A DNA stretch of 63,562 bases, filler included. It is 4 parts of 4 records of this genome, joined end to end, with 100 filler letters (N's around TTAATTAATTAA, not from the genome) between each part and the next. Parts side by side here need not be neighbours in the genome. Positions count along the whole stretch, not along the records: positions 1 to 7,750 come from DRR723986_5787; positions 7,851 to 34,087 come from DRR723986_5788; 2 more parts are not named here. One strand, 5' to 3'. Positions 1 to 9,921 of the stretch are shown one piece after another. The position numbers and the translations under genes were made by a program. Position 1 is the first letter of the stretch. Every line of letters begins with the position of its first letter. The notes beneath the pieces were generated by a model that did no database searches, was not told the origin of the DNA, and saw only the letters and a list, made by a program, of their open reading frames with translations.

Positions 1-900
1 ACGCTGATCAGCGTTCAGCTGGATAATTTTACCACCGGCTTCTGTGATCGACGTTTTGGCCGCTTCGTTCACGGTAAACGCTTCTTTGTTGCGGGTCTCG
101 GTGACTTCACTCAGGATGGTTGTGAACTGATCCCGTACCGCTGGGTCCAGGCTGTCGAGCCAGTCAACGCTGGTCACGACCAGATAGTCGATGATGCCGT
201 GGTTGGTTTCAGTGACACCGTCCTGCACTTCGAAAAACTTCTTGCCGTAGATGTTGGACCAGGTGTTTTCCTGACCATCCACAACGCCCTGCTGCAACGC
301 GCCATACACTTCTGAGAACGCCATTTTCTGCGGCGAACCACCGATGGCTTCCATCTGCGCAACCAGAACGTCGCTGGATTGTACGCGGAATTTTAGACCA
401 TTGGCATCTGTCGGCGCGATCAACGGCTTGTTGGCCGACATCTGCTTCATACCATTGTGCCAGAACGCCAACCCTTGCAGACCGCGACGCTGCATGCTGT
501 CCAGCATGGCCTGACCATCGTCAGACCCTTGGAATGCATCCACTGCGTCGATATTTTTGAACATAAAGGGCAGATCAAACAGGCGGAACTGCTTGGTGAA
601 CTTTTCAAACTTGGACAGCGAAGGTGCCGCCAGCTGAACATCGCCCTGCAACATCGCTTCGAGAACTTTGTTATCGTTGTAGAGAGTTGAGTTTGGATAA
701 ACCTCAAGGCACATGGTGCCGTTCATTTCTTCGTTCACACGCTTTTCCAGCAACGACGCCGCAATCCCTTTGGGGTGCTTGTCGGTGTTGGTGACGTGGG
801 CGAACTTCACCACGATTTCGCCATCATCGCATGCCGCAAAACCGGCCGTTGCGGTGACGCTCAACGCCAACGCCGTGGCTGCTGTTGTCAAAAGTTTCAT
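1..900 (-). CDS. dctP: TRAP C4-dicarboxylate-binding periplasmic protein DctP (3' end runs off the window)
   Basis: Not in the ORF track (no stop). Manual translation from ATG at 900 gives MKLLTTAATALALSVTATAGFAACDDGEIVVKFAHV...KHPKG...FSEVYGALQQGVVDGQENTWSNI, typical DctP motifs. GGAGGG RBS upstream; next to dctBD. Confidence 0.93.
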   Translation of the reverse strand, partial: MKLLTTAATALALSVTATAGFAACDDGEIVVKFAHVTNTDKHPKGIAASLLEKRVNEEMNGTMCLEVYPNSTLYNDNKVLEAMLQGDVQLAAPSLSKFEKFTKQFRLFDLPFMFKNIDAVDAFQGSDDGQAMLDSMQRRGLQGLAFWHNGMKQMSANKPLIAPTDANGLKFRVQSSDVLVAQMEAIGGSPQKMAFSEVYGALQQGVVDGQENTWSNIYGKKFFEVQDGVTETNHGIIDYLVVTSVDWLDSLDPAVRDQFTTILSEVTETRNKEAFTVNEAAKTSITEAGGKIIQLNADQR

Positions 901-1093
901 CTGTCTCTCCCTCCAGAATAAATCAGAATTCATAGGCATACGCCACATCTGTAGCGCGCTGAGGTGAGTGAAACGAATCGCAGCCACGTACTCAACAGCT
1001 CAGCAGACCCGACTTGCAGTCAGATCATATCTGTTCATTTACAACATGTTACAAACAAGGAATGAGTGAAAGGAAAACAGGGAGGGGCTCTGG

Positions 1094-1143
1094 TGTGCGG
1101 ATTCCCACACACCTCGAATACGCGCTGTGCGAAATTCCACACA
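1094..1143. promoter_or_regulatory. Tandem DctD-type binding sites
   Basis: Two 18-bp imperfect palindromes, TGTGCGGATTCCCACACA (1094-1111) and TGTGCGAAATTCCACACA (1126-1143), 32 bp apart, upstream of dctP. They resemble the rhizobial DctD UAS TGTGCGGAAATCCGCACA. Confidence 0.7.
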
Positions 1144-1271
1144 CTTCCGCGAATCGTTCTGCGACTCACCCCAATACCCGGACCGACCGCTGCCCGGCGC
1201 AGTCGGGCTGCCCGGCCCAAGGCCTGTGGCCGCGCATCTTGGATGCGTGGTCAGGGCGCGGGAGTGTTTGG

Positions 1272-2501
1272 TTAACGCCGGTAATCTTCGGGGCGAATGC
1301 CATAGCGCGCAAGCTTGTCGTAAAACGTCTTGCGAGGCAGCTTCAGAGCCTTAGCGGTATCGGATGCTTTGCCATTCTGACGCCCTAGAGCCGCGATCAG
1401 TAATGACCGTTCCACCCGCGCCAATTGCTCGGCCAATCCCATTTCCGAGGCTTCCGCCACATCTTCTGGCATACCCAGAACAAACCGCATCGCCGCTGAC
1501 ATCAGGGATCGCGCATTCCCGGGCCATTCCTGCGCCATCAAAGCCGCCAGATGTTCTGGTGTGACCTCTGGCATCTCAATGCCAGCCTGCTCCGCCGCCT
1601 GTGCCACATAATGGCGAAAGATCACCGGAATATCTTCGGGACGTTCGGCCAAAGCCGGGATCCGCACACGCATCACATCCAACCGGTAAAACAAGTCGGC
1701 ATTGAACATGCCACGCCTTACCAAATCAGCAAGGTCCACGGTTGTTCCGGCAATGATGCGCGTGTTTGGCCCCTGTTCGATCAATTCCAGCGCTGCGTAT
1801 TGCGTGGCCTCAGGCAATGCGGACACTTCATCAATAAACAAAGACCCTCCCACCGCGTCCGTACAAAATTGCGCGAATTCTGTAGCATTCGTGCCTGCGG
1901 CGGGCCGCTTCACAAACGGTCCCTGACCGCTTGGCGACATCAGATGGATCACTTCTGCCACTTTTGAAATGCCGCTGCCCGGTGCCCCTGTCACCAAAAC
2001 TTCAGCCCCAGTCGGCGCAAATCGCCGGACCCTTTGGCGCAATTCTTGGGATTGCGGAGAAGTCCCAAACAACATCCGCGCCGCCGGATCACCGGTTTCA
2101 AGCTGTTGCTTCAGGGTTCGGTTCTCCAACACCAACCCGCGCGTTTTCAACGCTCGTTCCAGCACAGACAACAGATCCGCCGCCGCGCATGGTTTTTCGA
2201 GAAACCCAAAGGCCCCCTCGCCCATCGCTTGAACAGCCATGGGAATATCACCTTCACCGGTCAGCAAGATCACCGGCAGTTCCTCGTCCACGTCTTTGGT
2301 GTAGTTCAACAGATGAAACCCATCCCGCCCCGGCATGCGCATATCTGATAGGATCACACCGTCAAACTCGGCTGTGATGTGATCCTTAGCCGCGACAAAC
2401 GACCCTGCGGTGATGGCATCGAGATCAGCCAGCTCTAGAGTTTGCGCCAATGCCTCGCGCACAGCGACATCATCATCAACCACCAGGATTTTCCGGATCA
2501 T
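1272..2501 (-). CDS. dctD: DctD-like response regulator (REC-AAA-Fis HTH), degenerate AAA+ domain
   Basis: Receiver motifs (ILVVDDD, SDMRMPG, FLEKP), AAA-like FIDEV and LFYRL, WPGNAR, C-terminal HTH (TAKALKLPRKTFYDKL). Overlaps dctB by 4 bp. Confidence 0.88.
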   Translation of the reverse strand: MIRKILVVDDDVAVREALAQTLELADLDAITAGSFVAAKDHITAEFDGVILSDMRMPGRDGFHLLNYTKDVDEELPVILLTGEGDIPMAVQAMGEGAFGFLEKPCAAADLLSVLERALKTRGLVLENRTLKQQLETGDPAARMLFGTSPQSQELRQRVRRFAPTGAEVLVTGAPGSGISKVAEVIHLMSPSGQGPFVKRPAAGTNATEFAQFCTDAVGGSLFIDEVSALPEATQYAALELIEQGPNTRIIAGTTVDLADLVRRGMFNADLFYRLDVMRVRIPALAERPEDIPVIFRHYVAQAAEQAGIEMPEVTPEHLAALMAQEWPGNARSLMSAAMRFVLGMPEDVAEASEMGLAEQLARVERSLLIAALGRQNGKASDTAKALKLPRKTFYDKLARYGIRPEDYRR

Positions 2502-4231
2502 GCCGCCGTTCCTTCTTTGTAATAGTCCAATTCAACCACAAACATTGCGCCCCGCGTCCGGTTAGACCCTCGGATATTGCCGCCGAAACTCTGCACTAGC
2601 CCATAAGAAATCGACAACCCAAGCCCCATGCCTTCGGAACTGCCGACGGCTTTGGTGGAATAAAACGGATCAAAAATCTTTTCCGGCTCTTCGATCCCCG
2701 GTCCGGTATCACATACAGCAACTTCCAACCGCGCCCCCGGTGTCAGCTTGACCTCAATTTCGCGCTGATCTGCCCCGACCATCGCATCCGCTGCATTGTT
2801 TAACAGGTTGACAAAGACCTGCACCAGACGCACCTCGCCGCCCCAAGCGTAGACCTCTTGTGTTGGGGCGTTCCAGATCAATGCAACGTCATCTGCTTTG
2901 AGGCGAGGTTCTGTCAGCTCAACGGCGGTATTGATCACCTGCACCAAATCCACGCGCCCCATTGGCTCGCTTTCATTGCGGGCAAAAGCACGCAAATTCT
3001 TGATGATCCGGGCCATGCGTGTCGCCATTTGCGAAATCCGGCCCAGGTTTTCACCCGCGCGCTCAGCCTTGCCCCGTTCGAGAAAGGCGGTGCCGTTGTC
3101 AGCAAATTGCTGAATTGCCATCAGTGGCTGGTTCAACTCGTGACTGATCCCAGCAGACATCTGCCCCAAGGCGCTGAGCTTGCCAGCTTGGACCAACTCA
3201 GCCTGCGCTTTTTTCAGTGCGGCTTCGGCCTCTTGACGCTCAGACACTTCACGCCGGAGCTGAACGTTGCTGGCGGATAAGGCGCGTGTCCGTTCCGAAA
3301 CCCGGCTTTCCAGCACCGCATTGGCTTCGGCCAAGGTGCGCCGCCGTTCCGTGGCCAGAAACAACATTGCCCCAAACGCAAGGCAAATCGCAGCCACCGC
3401 ATAGGTCTGCAACCACGCCAACTGCCGCGCCGGGGCAACATCAATCAACGCTTCGCCCTGCAATCCGATCACTGGCAGGTCCTGAACCAGATGCAGGGCC
3501 GTATCCGGCAGATATGGCCCCCAATCCAAGCGCCAGATCTCATGTGGGTCCAGCACCTGCGCCTGAAAGGGCAAAGCCCCGCCATTGGGTGGTATCAAAC
3601 CAGCCCCCCCCGGCCCCCGACGCCAGAACAGAATTTCCGACCGGTTCGAGATAAAAACCTCTCCCCTTGTATCCGTAAAGAACACCGCTGGCTTGCTGCC
3701 GCGCCAATCCCACTCGATATTCGCAATATCAACTGCAATGACTAAGGCCCCACGTACCCGGCCATCAGGAGCGAAATCAGGGGCGGCATAATAATAGGCA
3801 CGCCGTTCCAACGGGTCTTTGATTCCGTGCCCACTGCCAAGCGCCCCTTGCATCGCACGACGGAAATAAGACCGGGCATTCAGGTTCGGTGGGGCAAGAC
3901 CACGCGCTGAAACCAGAACTGCACCGGTTCGATCCGCATACATCAATTCAAGCGCCGACGTCTTATCCGCGACACCAAGCAACAGGGCCTTTGCCGCCTC
4001 CAGCCCCAACGGAGTGTCCAAATGATCCAAGGCCGGATGGTCTGCCAACAGCACGGCGGTTTCCTGAAACCGCTGCAGTTGGGTGCTTAGCCGGCCGCTG
4101 GCCAGTTCCAGATCAGCCTCGCCGCGTTTGGCCAATTGTCCAACCGCTTGACTGTAGCCATACGACCAAACGCCGGCGCTGAGCGCGCCGACCACCATCA
4201 AAAATCCAAGGATGATCCAATGTCGTTGCAT
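2498..4231 (-). CDS. dctB: C4-dicarboxylate sensor histidine kinase DctB
   Basis: Two TM segments flanking a Cache-like periplasmic region; H-box AGISHELNQPL, N-box QVFVNLLNNA, DTGPG, GMGLGL. Start placed at ATG 4231 (MQRHW). Confidence 0.9.
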   Translation of the reverse strand: MQRHWIILGFLMVVGALSAGVWSYGYSQAVGQLAKRGEADLELASGRLSTQLQRFQETAVLLADHPALDHLDTPLGLEAAKALLLGVADKTSALELMYADRTGAVLVSARGLAPPNLNARSYFRRAMQGALGSGHGIKDPLERRAYYYAAPDFAPDGRVRGALVIAVDIANIEWDWRGSKPAVFFTDTRGEVFISNRSEILFWRRGPGGAGLIPPNGGALPFQAQVLDPHEIWRLDWGPYLPDTALHLVQDLPVIGLQGEALIDVAPARQLAWLQTYAVAAICLAFGAMLFLATERRRTLAEANAVLESRVSERTRALSASNVQLRREVSERQEAEAALKKAQAELVQAGKLSALGQMSAGISHELNQPLMAIQQFADNGTAFLERGKAERAGENLGRISQMATRMARIIKNLRAFARNESEPMGRVDLVQVINTAVELTEPRLKADDVALIWNAPTQEVYAWGGEVRLVQVFVNLLNNAADAMVGADQREIEVKLTPGARLEVAVCDTGPGIEEPEKIFDPFYSTKAVGSSEGMGLGLSISYGLVQSFGGNIRGSNRTRGAMFVVELDYYKEGTAA

Positions 4232-4277
4232 ATCAAGGGTCTTGCATCCAACACGCGTCAACGCAAGGGTGCGCCGT

Positions 4278-5459
4278 ATGAAGACATTCCACCAAGACCC
4301 GACAGATCCCACATTTGTTCAGAACCCTTATGCTTTTTATGCTGAGGCGCGCACGCAAGGCCCGCTGCTGTTCTGGCCGCAGTACAAAATGCCCGCAGCG
4401 TTCACACATGAGGCGGTGCACACCATCTTACGCGACCGCCGGTTTGGGCGCGAAATTCCCACTGAGATGGCAACTCAAGGACCCGATCATCTGGCCCCGT
4501 GGCTCAAGGTCGAGGCCCACTCTTTGCTAGAAGCGGAACCACCGCGCCATTCCCGCTTGCGGGCTTTGATCCTGCGGGCGTTTACATCACGCACAATTAC
4601 AGCTCTCACGCCGGATATCGAAATCCTGTGTCACCAGTTAATTGATCGCTTTCCCGATCAGCCCTTTGATCTGTTGAACGCGTATTGCACCCAAGTCCCT
4701 GTGATCACCATCTGTCGCCTTCTTGGGGTGCCTGAAAAGATGGCGCCGGAATTGCTCCGTTGGTCACACGACATGGTCGCCATGTATCAAGCGAACCGAA
4801 CCCGCGATACCGAAGACACTGCCGCCAAATCCTCAGCAGAATTCACCGCATTTCTAACGGAATACATCACGCAACGCCGGACCGACCCGCGCGATGATCT
4901 GATTACGCGCTTAATCTCAGCCGAGGAAGAAGGGACCAAGCTGTCGACGGACGAATTGATCGGCACCTGTATTCTTGTTCTGAACGCAGGCCACGAAGCC
5001 ACCGTTCACGCCCTGTCGAATGGGGTCAAAACCCTGTTGCAGACCAAAACCCAATCGCATCTGTTGGATCCTGACACATTAGACACAACGGTTGAGGAAA
5101 TCCTAAGGTATGATCCCCCGCTGCACATGTTCACACGTTATGCCTATGAAGAGCTGACCCTTTTTGACCACCACTTCCAACGTGGTGATCAGGTTGCGCT
5201 GTTGCTTGGGGCCGCCAATCACGACCCTGCCGTGTGGGGCAACCCGGATCAGTTCACCCCGACACGCGCAATCCAAACCAACACCAGCTTCGGGGGTGGG
5301 CTGCATTTCTGCGTGGGCGCGCCTTTGGCACGTCTGGAAATGCGTGTCGCCCTTCCGGTCTTGTTTGAGCGCTGCCCCAATCTGCGTTTGGCCGAGCAGC
5401 CGCAGTATTCGGATACCTACCACTTTCACGGCTTATCGAAATTGATGGCCCAAATTTGA
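4278..5459 (+). CDS. Cytochrome P450
   Basis: I-helix NAGHEAT, EILR (ExxR), heme motif FGGGLHFCVG. Start placed at ATG 4278. Confidence 0.95.
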   Translation: MKTFHQDPTDPTFVQNPYAFYAEARTQGPLLFWPQYKMPAAFTHEAVHTILRDRRFGREIPTEMATQGPDHLAPWLKVEAHSLLEAEPPRHSRLRALILRAFTSRTITALTPDIEILCHQLIDRFPDQPFDLLNAYCTQVPVITICRLLGVPEKMAPELLRWSHDMVAMYQANRTRDTEDTAAKSSAEFTAFLTEYITQRRTDPRDDLITRLISAEEEGTKLSTDELIGTCILVLNAGHEATVHALSNGVKTLLQTKTQSHLLDPDTLDTTVEEILRYDPPLHMFTRYAYEELTLFDHHFQRGDQVALLLGAANHDPAVWGNPDQFTPTRAIQTNTSFGGGLHFCVGAPLARLEMRVALPVLFERCPNLRLAEQPQYSDTYHFHGLSKLMAQI

Positions 5460-5491
5460 TAAGGCCCAAGGGGGCAGCTGCCCCCTATCCC

Positions 5492-5953
5492 CTAGAGCGG
5501 CAGCATTGTTGTCGATTTGATCTCTTCCATCGATAACAGCGCGGTCACGTTGTGCACACGCACCTCGGAAATCAACGCTTGATAGAACGCATCATAAGCG
5601 CGGGCGTTCTTAACACGGACCTTTAAGATATAGTCGATATCGCCTGCCAGCCGGTGGGCCTCTTGCACTTCGGGGCGATCGCGTAACGCCTTGAGAAAGG
5701 CGTTTTGCCAATCCGCCTCATGTTCCGACGTGCGGATCAAGACAAAGAAACAGGCTTCGTATCCCAGCGCCTCGGCGTCCAAGACCACGGTCTGCTGACC
5801 GATCACCCCAGCGGCGCGCAATTTACGAATGCGATTCCAAACTGGGGTCTTTGAACTGCCCACCTGACCGGCAATTTCATCCAAAGATTGGCTGGCGTCG
5901 CGTTGCAGCTCTGCCAAAATTTTCCGATCCGTATCGTCTATTCGTACAGACAT
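5492..5953 (-). CDS. Lrp/AsnC family transcriptional regulator
   Basis: DDTDRKILAELQRDA HTH, VWNRIRKL, GDIDYIL. Divergent from the cysG/sulfite reductase genes. Confidence 0.92.
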   Translation of the reverse strand: MSVRIDDTDRKILAELQRDASQSLDEIAGQVGSSKTPVWNRIRKLRAAGVIGQQTVVLDAEALGYEACFFVLIRTSEHEADWQNAFLKALRDRPEVQEAHRLAGDIDYILKVRVKNARAYDAFYQALISEVRVHNVTALLSMEEIKSTTMLPL

Positions 5954-6095
5954 TCCTGTTTCTTCCTTCTTTCGAGACTGACGTTCCACTTTGCCCGAAA
6001 AGCAGAACAATCATTCTTATCTTGCCGCGCATATAGCGCAATAGGGGGAATATTTCCTATATAGAGGGTCAAGTCAAACACCACCGGGGGCCGCA

Positions 6096-6881
6096 ATGCC
6101 TGATCAATTCACCACTACTGCACAGCCTATGCCAGGCCATGTCGACTTTGTCGGCGCCGGTCCGGGCGACCCAGACCTGCTGACGCTCAAAGCCATGCGT
6201 GCCTTTGAAGCTGCGGATATCGTGATGCACGACCGCTTGATCAGTCAGGACATTTTGGATGTGGCCTGTCAGACGGCCATATTGGTTGATGTGGGCAAGG
6301 CAGGGTTTGGCCCTTCTTGGAAACAAGAAGACATTGATGCCCTGCTGGTCGAATACGCTCTGACAGGTGCACGTGTTGTGCGTTTGAAATCCGGTGACCC
6401 CACCGTCTTTGGTCGTCTGGACGAAGAAATCGAAGCAGTCGAAGCCGCCGGTATCTCTTGGACCATCGTTCCGGGCATTACCGCCGCATCTGCCGCTGTG
6501 GCGTCGATCGGGCAGAGCCTGACGCGCCGGGGTCGCAACTCTTCTGTGCGGTTCCTGACCGGCCACGACATGCAAGGGTTCGCGGATCACGATTGGGCAG
6601 CGCTTGCCCAGACCGGCGAAGTTGCCGCCATCTATATGGGCAAAAAATCTGCGCGCTTTGTTCAGGGCCGTCTGATCATGCACGGCGCCGACCGCGCGAC
6701 GCCCATCACTTTGATTGAAAACGCATCGCGCCCCAACCAACGCGTTCTGGCGACATCTCTCGAGAACTTGCCTGTTGACCTTGCTGCGGCCGAACTGAAC
6801 GGCCCTGCCCTGACTTTTTACGGCCTTGCGCCCCGCGATGCGGCGCAGGCTCTGACTGAATTCAAGAAGGAACTCGCATAA
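6096..6881 (+). CDS. cobA: Uroporphyrinogen-III C-methyltransferase (CobA/CysG methyltransferase domain)
   Basis: VGAGPGDPDLLTLKA, RLKSGDP, VPGITAA and IYMG motifs. Confidence 0.93.
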   Translation: MPDQFTTTAQPMPGHVDFVGAGPGDPDLLTLKAMRAFEAADIVMHDRLISQDILDVACQTAILVDVGKAGFGPSWKQEDIDALLVEYALTGARVVRLKSGDPTVFGRLDEEIEAVEAAGISWTIVPGITAASAAVASIGQSLTRRGRNSSVRFLTGHDMQGFADHDWAALAQTGEVAAIYMGKKSARFVQGRLIMHGADRATPITLIENASRPNQRVLATSLENLPVDLAAAELNGPALTFYGLAPRDAAQALTEFKKELA

Positions 6882-7195
6882 TGGCCCGCGCTTTCACGCC
6901 CAAAGTTGTCACTGCCAATCACCTGCTCGAAGGTGACGTGATCTATCTGACCGCGACGGATGGCTGGTCCCGCACCCTGTCCGAGGCCGAAGTCATCACG
7001 GACGAAGCCCACGCACAGGTGCGCCTGCTGGATGCCGAACGTCAGGCCAACATCATCGTTGGCGCGTATCTCGCCGATGTCGCCCTTGGTGCAACCGGCC
7101 CGGAACCCACGCATTTCCGCGAGGATTTCCGCCGCACGGGTCCGTCGAATTATTTCCACGGTAAACAAGAGCTCCCCCCGCAGCCCCAGACCTGA
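6881..7195 (+). CDS. DUF2849-like protein of alphaproteobacterial sulfite reductase operons
   Basis: VVTANHLLEGDVIYL ... HFREDFRRTGPS; lies between cobA and the sulfite reductase. Confidence 0.75.
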   Translation: MARAFTPKVVTANHLLEGDVIYLTATDGWSRTLSEAEVITDEAHAQVRLLDAERQANIIVGAYLADVALGATGPEPTHFREDFRRTGPSNYFHGKQELPPQPQT

Positions 7196-7270
7196 GCCTA
7201 GATCTGCCCAAGATCGCTCTTCCCATTCCAAGGCCCTTGCTTCTGGGGCTGCAACAAGGACAGCAGAACC

Positions 7271-7750
7271 ATGTACCGCTACTCCGAGTTTGATACCGAA
7301 TTCCTCGCTGAACGTAACGCCCAGTTCCGGGCTCAGGTAGATCGTCGCATCGACGGATCTCTGACCGAAGACGAATTCAAACCCCTGCGCCTAATGAACG
7401 GCGTCTACTTGCAACTGCACGCCTATATGCTGCGGGTTGCAATTCCCTATGGCACACTCAGCAGCGACCAGATGCGTCAGCTGGCTTTGCTGGCCGAAAA
7501 GTGGGACCGGGGCTATGGTCACTTTACCACCCGTCAGAACATCCAATACAACTGGCCGAAACTGAACGATATTCCGGACATGCTGGACTCGCTGGCCGAA
7601 GTCGGCATGCATGCGATCCAAACATCGGGCAACACCATCCGCAACGTGACAGCGGATCACTTCGCGGGCGCTGCTGCGGATGAGGTCGCCGATCCGCGCC
7701 CCTATGCGGAACTGCTGCGCCAATGGTCCACCGACCACCCGGAATTCCAG
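7271..7750 (+). CDS. cysI: Nitrite/sulfite reductase hemoprotein (truncated at contig end)
   Basis: EDEFKPLRLMNGVYLQLHAYMLRVAIPYG, GHFTTRQNIQ, SGNTIRNVT. Confidence 0.88.
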
Positions 7751-7850
7751 NNNNNNNNNNNNNNNNNNNNNNNNNNNNNNNNNNNNNNNNNNNNTTAATT
7801 AATTAANNNNNNNNNNNNNNNNNNNNNNNNNNNNNNNNNNNNNNNNNNNN
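7751..7850. other. Artificial contig spacer
   Basis: N-run containing TTAATTAATTAA (stops in all six frames); sequence composition changes across it. Confidence 0.98.
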
Positions 7851-7928
7851 GAGTATAAGACCAGAGTATAAGACCAGAGTGTAAGACCAAAGTGTAAGAC
7901 CAGAGTGTAAGACTGGAGCGTAAGCCCA
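7851..7928. repeat. 13-bp tandem repeat, GAGTRTAAGACCA x6 (degenerating)
   Basis: Units start at 7851, 7864, 7877, 7890, 7903 and 7916, at the contig edge. Confidence 0.92.
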
Positions 7929-8003
7929 GAAAAAACGTCAGCTATTAACACAAGGTATCCAGCAATTGCGCAAAAACAGGCCAGAACTGCATCACTGCGA
8001 ACG

Positions 8004-9629
8004 TCAGTCCTCCGGAAACTCAGCGAACAAGTCCTGAACACCCTGCTCGCGGCTTGAGCGCATTTTTGACGTAAAGATATTTTCTATTGATTTGTTAAGT
8101 ACGCGACTCTCGACCCAGAACATTAACTCCAGCAGACCCAGCGGAGGTGCAGCTGTTTTGTTTAACACATCGCCCAGGAGTTTTGAGTGAAGTCCCATTA
8201 AAACTGCTTTTTGAGAAGCAACATCCGCTGAAGCAATCAGCTTGCGAATTGCGGAGATAATAGCTTTCTCAACCACCTGCAGCTGATCCCGACCCTTTAA
8301 ATACCTTTGTGTTGAGCGGAACATACTTTCGAGCACATCATAATTTTGCAGTTCGTAGTGTATCACCAGCAGTAACAAACGCGTGCACTCCTGAATATCG
8401 CGTTTAAGCTGAGTGCGGCGTTCGGCCAGAATATACTGCACGTGTTCCAGCGCCTGATCGTAGCGACCCGATAGAAAATAAATTAAACTGCAATTGAAGT
8501 AAAGGTTAATCAAACGGTCAGGACGTAACCTGTCGTGATAGCGCGGCACAGACTGCTCAAACTCTGCAGCCAACCCACGTGCCTCCGCCAGCAATCCGTA
8601 GTTAAGGTAGTAGCCAAATTCTAAATAGGTCACGATGCCAAACATCGTGGTCTCTTCCTCAATAGTAGTCGAGGGCAGTTGTTTAATTTTCTTGAGTGAA
8701 TCAGCAAAGTCGTCAAAATACCGTATCGAGATTGCACAGCTCAGATAGTTGGTCACAAAACGTTTGTAGTTGTCGGGGTCTTCGGCGATTAGTGATTTAT
8801 TTAATTCCCACAGTTCGATTGCCTGCGAATAGCTGCGCATCGCGTCCTTAACATCACCTCTAAACCGTTGAAAGTTTCCGCGTGAATGCAAAAGTTTAAG
8901 AGCGGCCTGCAGCGGTAGATTTGCGGGGTCGGCCTGCGCCAGAGGTGAATCCATCAGTTGCTGCAACTCGTCCAGAGCGCCGGGATCGCGCAGATGGACA
9001 TAGCTGTGGTTGGCCTCCTGCACACGATCGGCCAGATCTTCATAATTGATAACTGTTGCGATTTTATCGAGAATCTGCTGCTGTTGTTCGTGATACTGGC
9101 GTAACGGTTCGCGCAAGGAATCGGTTGAACCGCGCAGGAGTAGTTTGCGCTCCCAAGCAAGAATTTCAATGATATACGCGTATTTATGACACTCCTCGGC
9201 TTTGCGTTTGGCACGGGAGATGACTTTTTGGCAGTGTGCAAACAAACCACGCTTAAACAACACTTCAATATGTCCAAGCAACTTGCGCAGCTGGGAATCC
9301 GCAGATTTTGTAGCTGCATAAGCTGCCAGACCATCGAGAATCAATCCGGTAAGGTCGTACTTGGCTGAAGCCAGCTGATTGGCTGTGGGCCTGAATGTTA
9401 AGTGCCGCAAGGCGTCCGCATCGCGTCCGGGTGCAGGAATTGCGGTGAAAGCCTCGAAGAGCTGTAAGTGCTTGCTCCCCTGGTTATTTCCTGGGTTATT
9501 CCCTGGGCTATTCCCTGGGCTATTCCTTGAGCCCTGCTTTTGATGCCTGGACGCGAAGAGCCTGAAGTAGCGCCGTTCCGTTCTGGTCATAGAGTCGATG
9601 AGCTGCCAGAGATCCTGTGAGTGCCGCAT
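8004..9629 (-). CDS. Large helical TPR-like protein, paralog A (putative one-component regulator)
   Basis: 541 aa, helical. N-terminal DLWQLIDSMTRTERRYF; shares IELWE, RDIQ..HYEL and ELMFWVES motifs with 17779-19305 and 26011-27546. Confidence 0.8.
   Translation of the reverse strand: MRHSQDLWQLIDSMTRTERRYFRLFASRHQKQGSRNSPGNSPGNNPGNNQGSKHLQLFEAFTAIPAPGRDADALRHLTFRPTANQLASAKYDLTGLILDGLAAYAATKSADSQLRKLLGHIEVLFKRGLFAHCQKVISRAKRKAEECHKYAYIIEILAWERKLLLRGSTDSLREPLRQYHEQQQQILDKIATVINYEDLADRVQEANHSYVHLRDPGALDELQQLMDSPLAQADPANLPLQAALKLLHSRGNFQRFRGDVKDAMRSYSQAIELWELNKSLIAEDPDNYKRFVTNYLSCAISIRYFDDFADSLKKIKQLPSTTIEEETTMFGIVTYLEFGYYLNYGLLAEARGLAAEFEQSVPRYHDRLRPDRLINLYFNCSLIYFLSGRYDQALEHVQYILAERRTQLKRDIQECTRLLLLVIHYELQNYDVLESMFRSTQRYLKGRDQLQVVEKAIISAIRKLIASADVASQKAVLMGLHSKLLGDVLNKTAAPPLGLLELMFWVESRVLNKSIENIFTSKMRSSREQGVQDLFAEFPED
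9478..9530. repeat. 12-bp in-frame tandem repeat in TPR paralog A
   Basis: CCCTGGGCTATT-like units encode RNSPGNSPGNNPGNNQG; absent from paralogs B and C. Confidence 0.85.
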
Positions 9630-9921
9630 AATGCATTTGTCGGTCTTCGAGTTGCGTAATGTATTTCGGTAAAAACGAATGTATGCATAATTGCTTGATT
9701 TCTGATTATATGCCAGAGTTTTTCCGAATTTGAGTCGTGTAAATCAGCATAAGCGCTTGATTACAGAAGATCCACCAGCGCACGAGCTACACAGTCACCA
9801 CGTAGAAATCTGATTTTGAGCGACTTTTTGTTGAGTAAAGTGCTTCGGAGAGAACTAGATTGACGGATAGAAAGCGCGAAAAGGCGCACACTTTTAACGG
9901 ACTGTTTTGCGGAGATCAGTT

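Noticed and set aside
4278-5459. P450 as part of a biosynthetic or RiPP cluster
   Set aside because: It is flanked by dctB and an Lrp/sulfur-assimilation locus; no precursor or tailoring genes are seen.
7851-7928. Possible CRISPR array
   Set aside because: The 13-bp units are directly adjacent with no spacers, and there are no cas genes.
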